DNA of 64,000 bases from Azolla caroliniana (lineage: Eukaryota; Plantae; Polypodiophyta): the NCBI GenBank assembly GCA_043228905.1, contig JBHGNT010000007.1:4774001-4838000 (forward strand), written 5' to 3'. Both the position numbers and the translations under genes were made by a program. Of the stretch, positions 62,923 through 64,000 are shown piece after piece. Numbering within the stretch: the first letter of the stretch is position 1; each line of letters starts with the position of its first letter. Under the pieces are notes generated by a model. It saw only the letters and a list, made by a program, of their open reading frames with translations. It was not told the DNA's origin and did no database searches.

Positions 62923-64000
62923 TCACACCACTTCATTTTGATCCTCTTCGAAAAATTCTTCATCCTCATTTTCTATGAAACTAGGTTCGGTGTCTTCTCT
63001 TCTTTTAAAAATCTTTATTCTTTTTCCCGCAATCGGTGTCTGGATCTCAGTCCCATCCAACTCATTCAGGTAGTAGGTAGCCTTATCAGTCACCTTCCAT
63101 ACTTTGTAAGGCCCAAACCACTGTTTTGCGAACTTCCTCATTGTACTGTACTGGTTCTCGAGGCTACTATCCAGTACCAACACCCAGTCTCCTTCTTGAA
63201 CCTTTCGTGGTCTTAATCTATTTACTTTGTCAAATCTTGCTTTGTTCTTTATCCGAGCTTCCTTCAATTTCTTAGTAGCCTTTTCTACATCTTCTGCTTG
63301 ACATTGTAGTTGTCGGATACGAACTGCTAGCAAGTCTTCTCTACTCATCTCTGACTCCCATGGTGGCATTGCCCATGTAGCAATCTTCACTTCAATCGGC
63401 ATCATCGTCCTTTGTCCTATCATGAGCTCTATCGGCATATATCCTGTCACCGAACTGTGTGTGGTCCTATCCGCCCACAATGCATATGGCAAGACCTTTG
63501 GCCAATTACCTACTTTGCCTTTACATGATTTTGCAAGTGCTTTAACTATCGGGCTATGACCTCTTTCTATCTTTCCATTTGCCTCGGGATTATATGTTGT
63601 GGTCAATGATAACCGAATTCCAATTCTATCAAAGAACTCTCTTGCTTCATCAGAATTGAGCTCACCTCTATCAGCCACTATCTTCCCTATACACCCATAC
63701 CTACATATTATATCCTCTAATATGAATTGACATACTGCCGATGTGGTCTTCAATCTTAGTGCTCTTCCTTCAACTTGATTTGTAAGGTCTTCTCTAGCGA
63801 GTACCAAGAACTTCTTTTGACTTGCCCCCATTGGCATTGCCACTATATCAACCATCCACTTGTAATGTATATTCGGCGAATAGGTTGGGTGCAACTCATC
63901 TTTATGCTTAATGTTGGAGTAGATTTGACAGGTTGGGCATGTCTCGACATACCTCTTGATTTCGTTGTAGAATCCTGGCCACCAATATCTTTCCTTTATT
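62923..64000 (-). CDS. Ty3/gypsy integrase (element continues beyond the window)
   Basis: YWWP..VETCPTCQ Zn domain, WMVDIV, IVADRGE, NPEANGKIERGH, GPY motif. Confidence 0.9.
   Translation of the reverse strand, partial: IKERYWWPGFYNEIKRYVETCPTCQIYSNIKHKDELHPTYSPNIHYKWMVDIVAMPMGASQKKFLVLAREDLTNQVEGRALRLKTTSAVCQFILEDIICRYGCIGKIVADRGELNSDEAREFFDRIGIRLSLTTTYNPEANGKIERGHSPIVKALAKSCKGKVGNWPKVLPYALWADRTTHSSVTGYMPIELMIGQRTMMPIEVKIATWAMPPWESEMSREDLLAVRIRQLQCQAEDVEKATKKLKEARIKNKARFDKVNRLRPRKVQEGDWVLVLDSSLENQYSTMRKFAKQWFGPYKVWKVTDKATYYLNELDGTEIQTPIAGKRIKIFKRREDTEPSFIENEDEEFFEEDQNEVV

Overview
Eukaryotic plant genomic DNA; the retroelement families look fern-like or non-seed-plant-like (inference). About 80% is a nested transposon cluster around one host gene, an intronless PADRE/DUF4228 gene (36458-37363, +) with five clustered W-boxes upstream. 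Retroelements: several Ty1/copia copies (one intact and young, 43292-48592), two LINEs, a Tcn1-like chromovirus with a self-priming signature, a Tat-like gypsy, a non-autonomous Athila-like element with an orphan ORF, a TRIM-like element with a tRNA-Ala PBS, and solo LTRs. A Mutator-type MITE is also present. The most unusual item is a 9.4-kb cut-and-paste DNA transposon (12107-21509) inserted into a copia gag/protease junction. It has an 8-bp TSD (CGACGAGA), bipartite CCCGGG-terminated inverted ends (16 bp + 18-bp spacer + 13 bp), kilobases of TACA/CA microsatellite and a partial P-element-like DDE transposase, and I cannot assign it to any standard land-plant superfamily. tRNA-like A/B-box modules also occur inside the LTRs of both a gypsy and a copia element. 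All coordinates and alignments were read by eye; no database searches were run.
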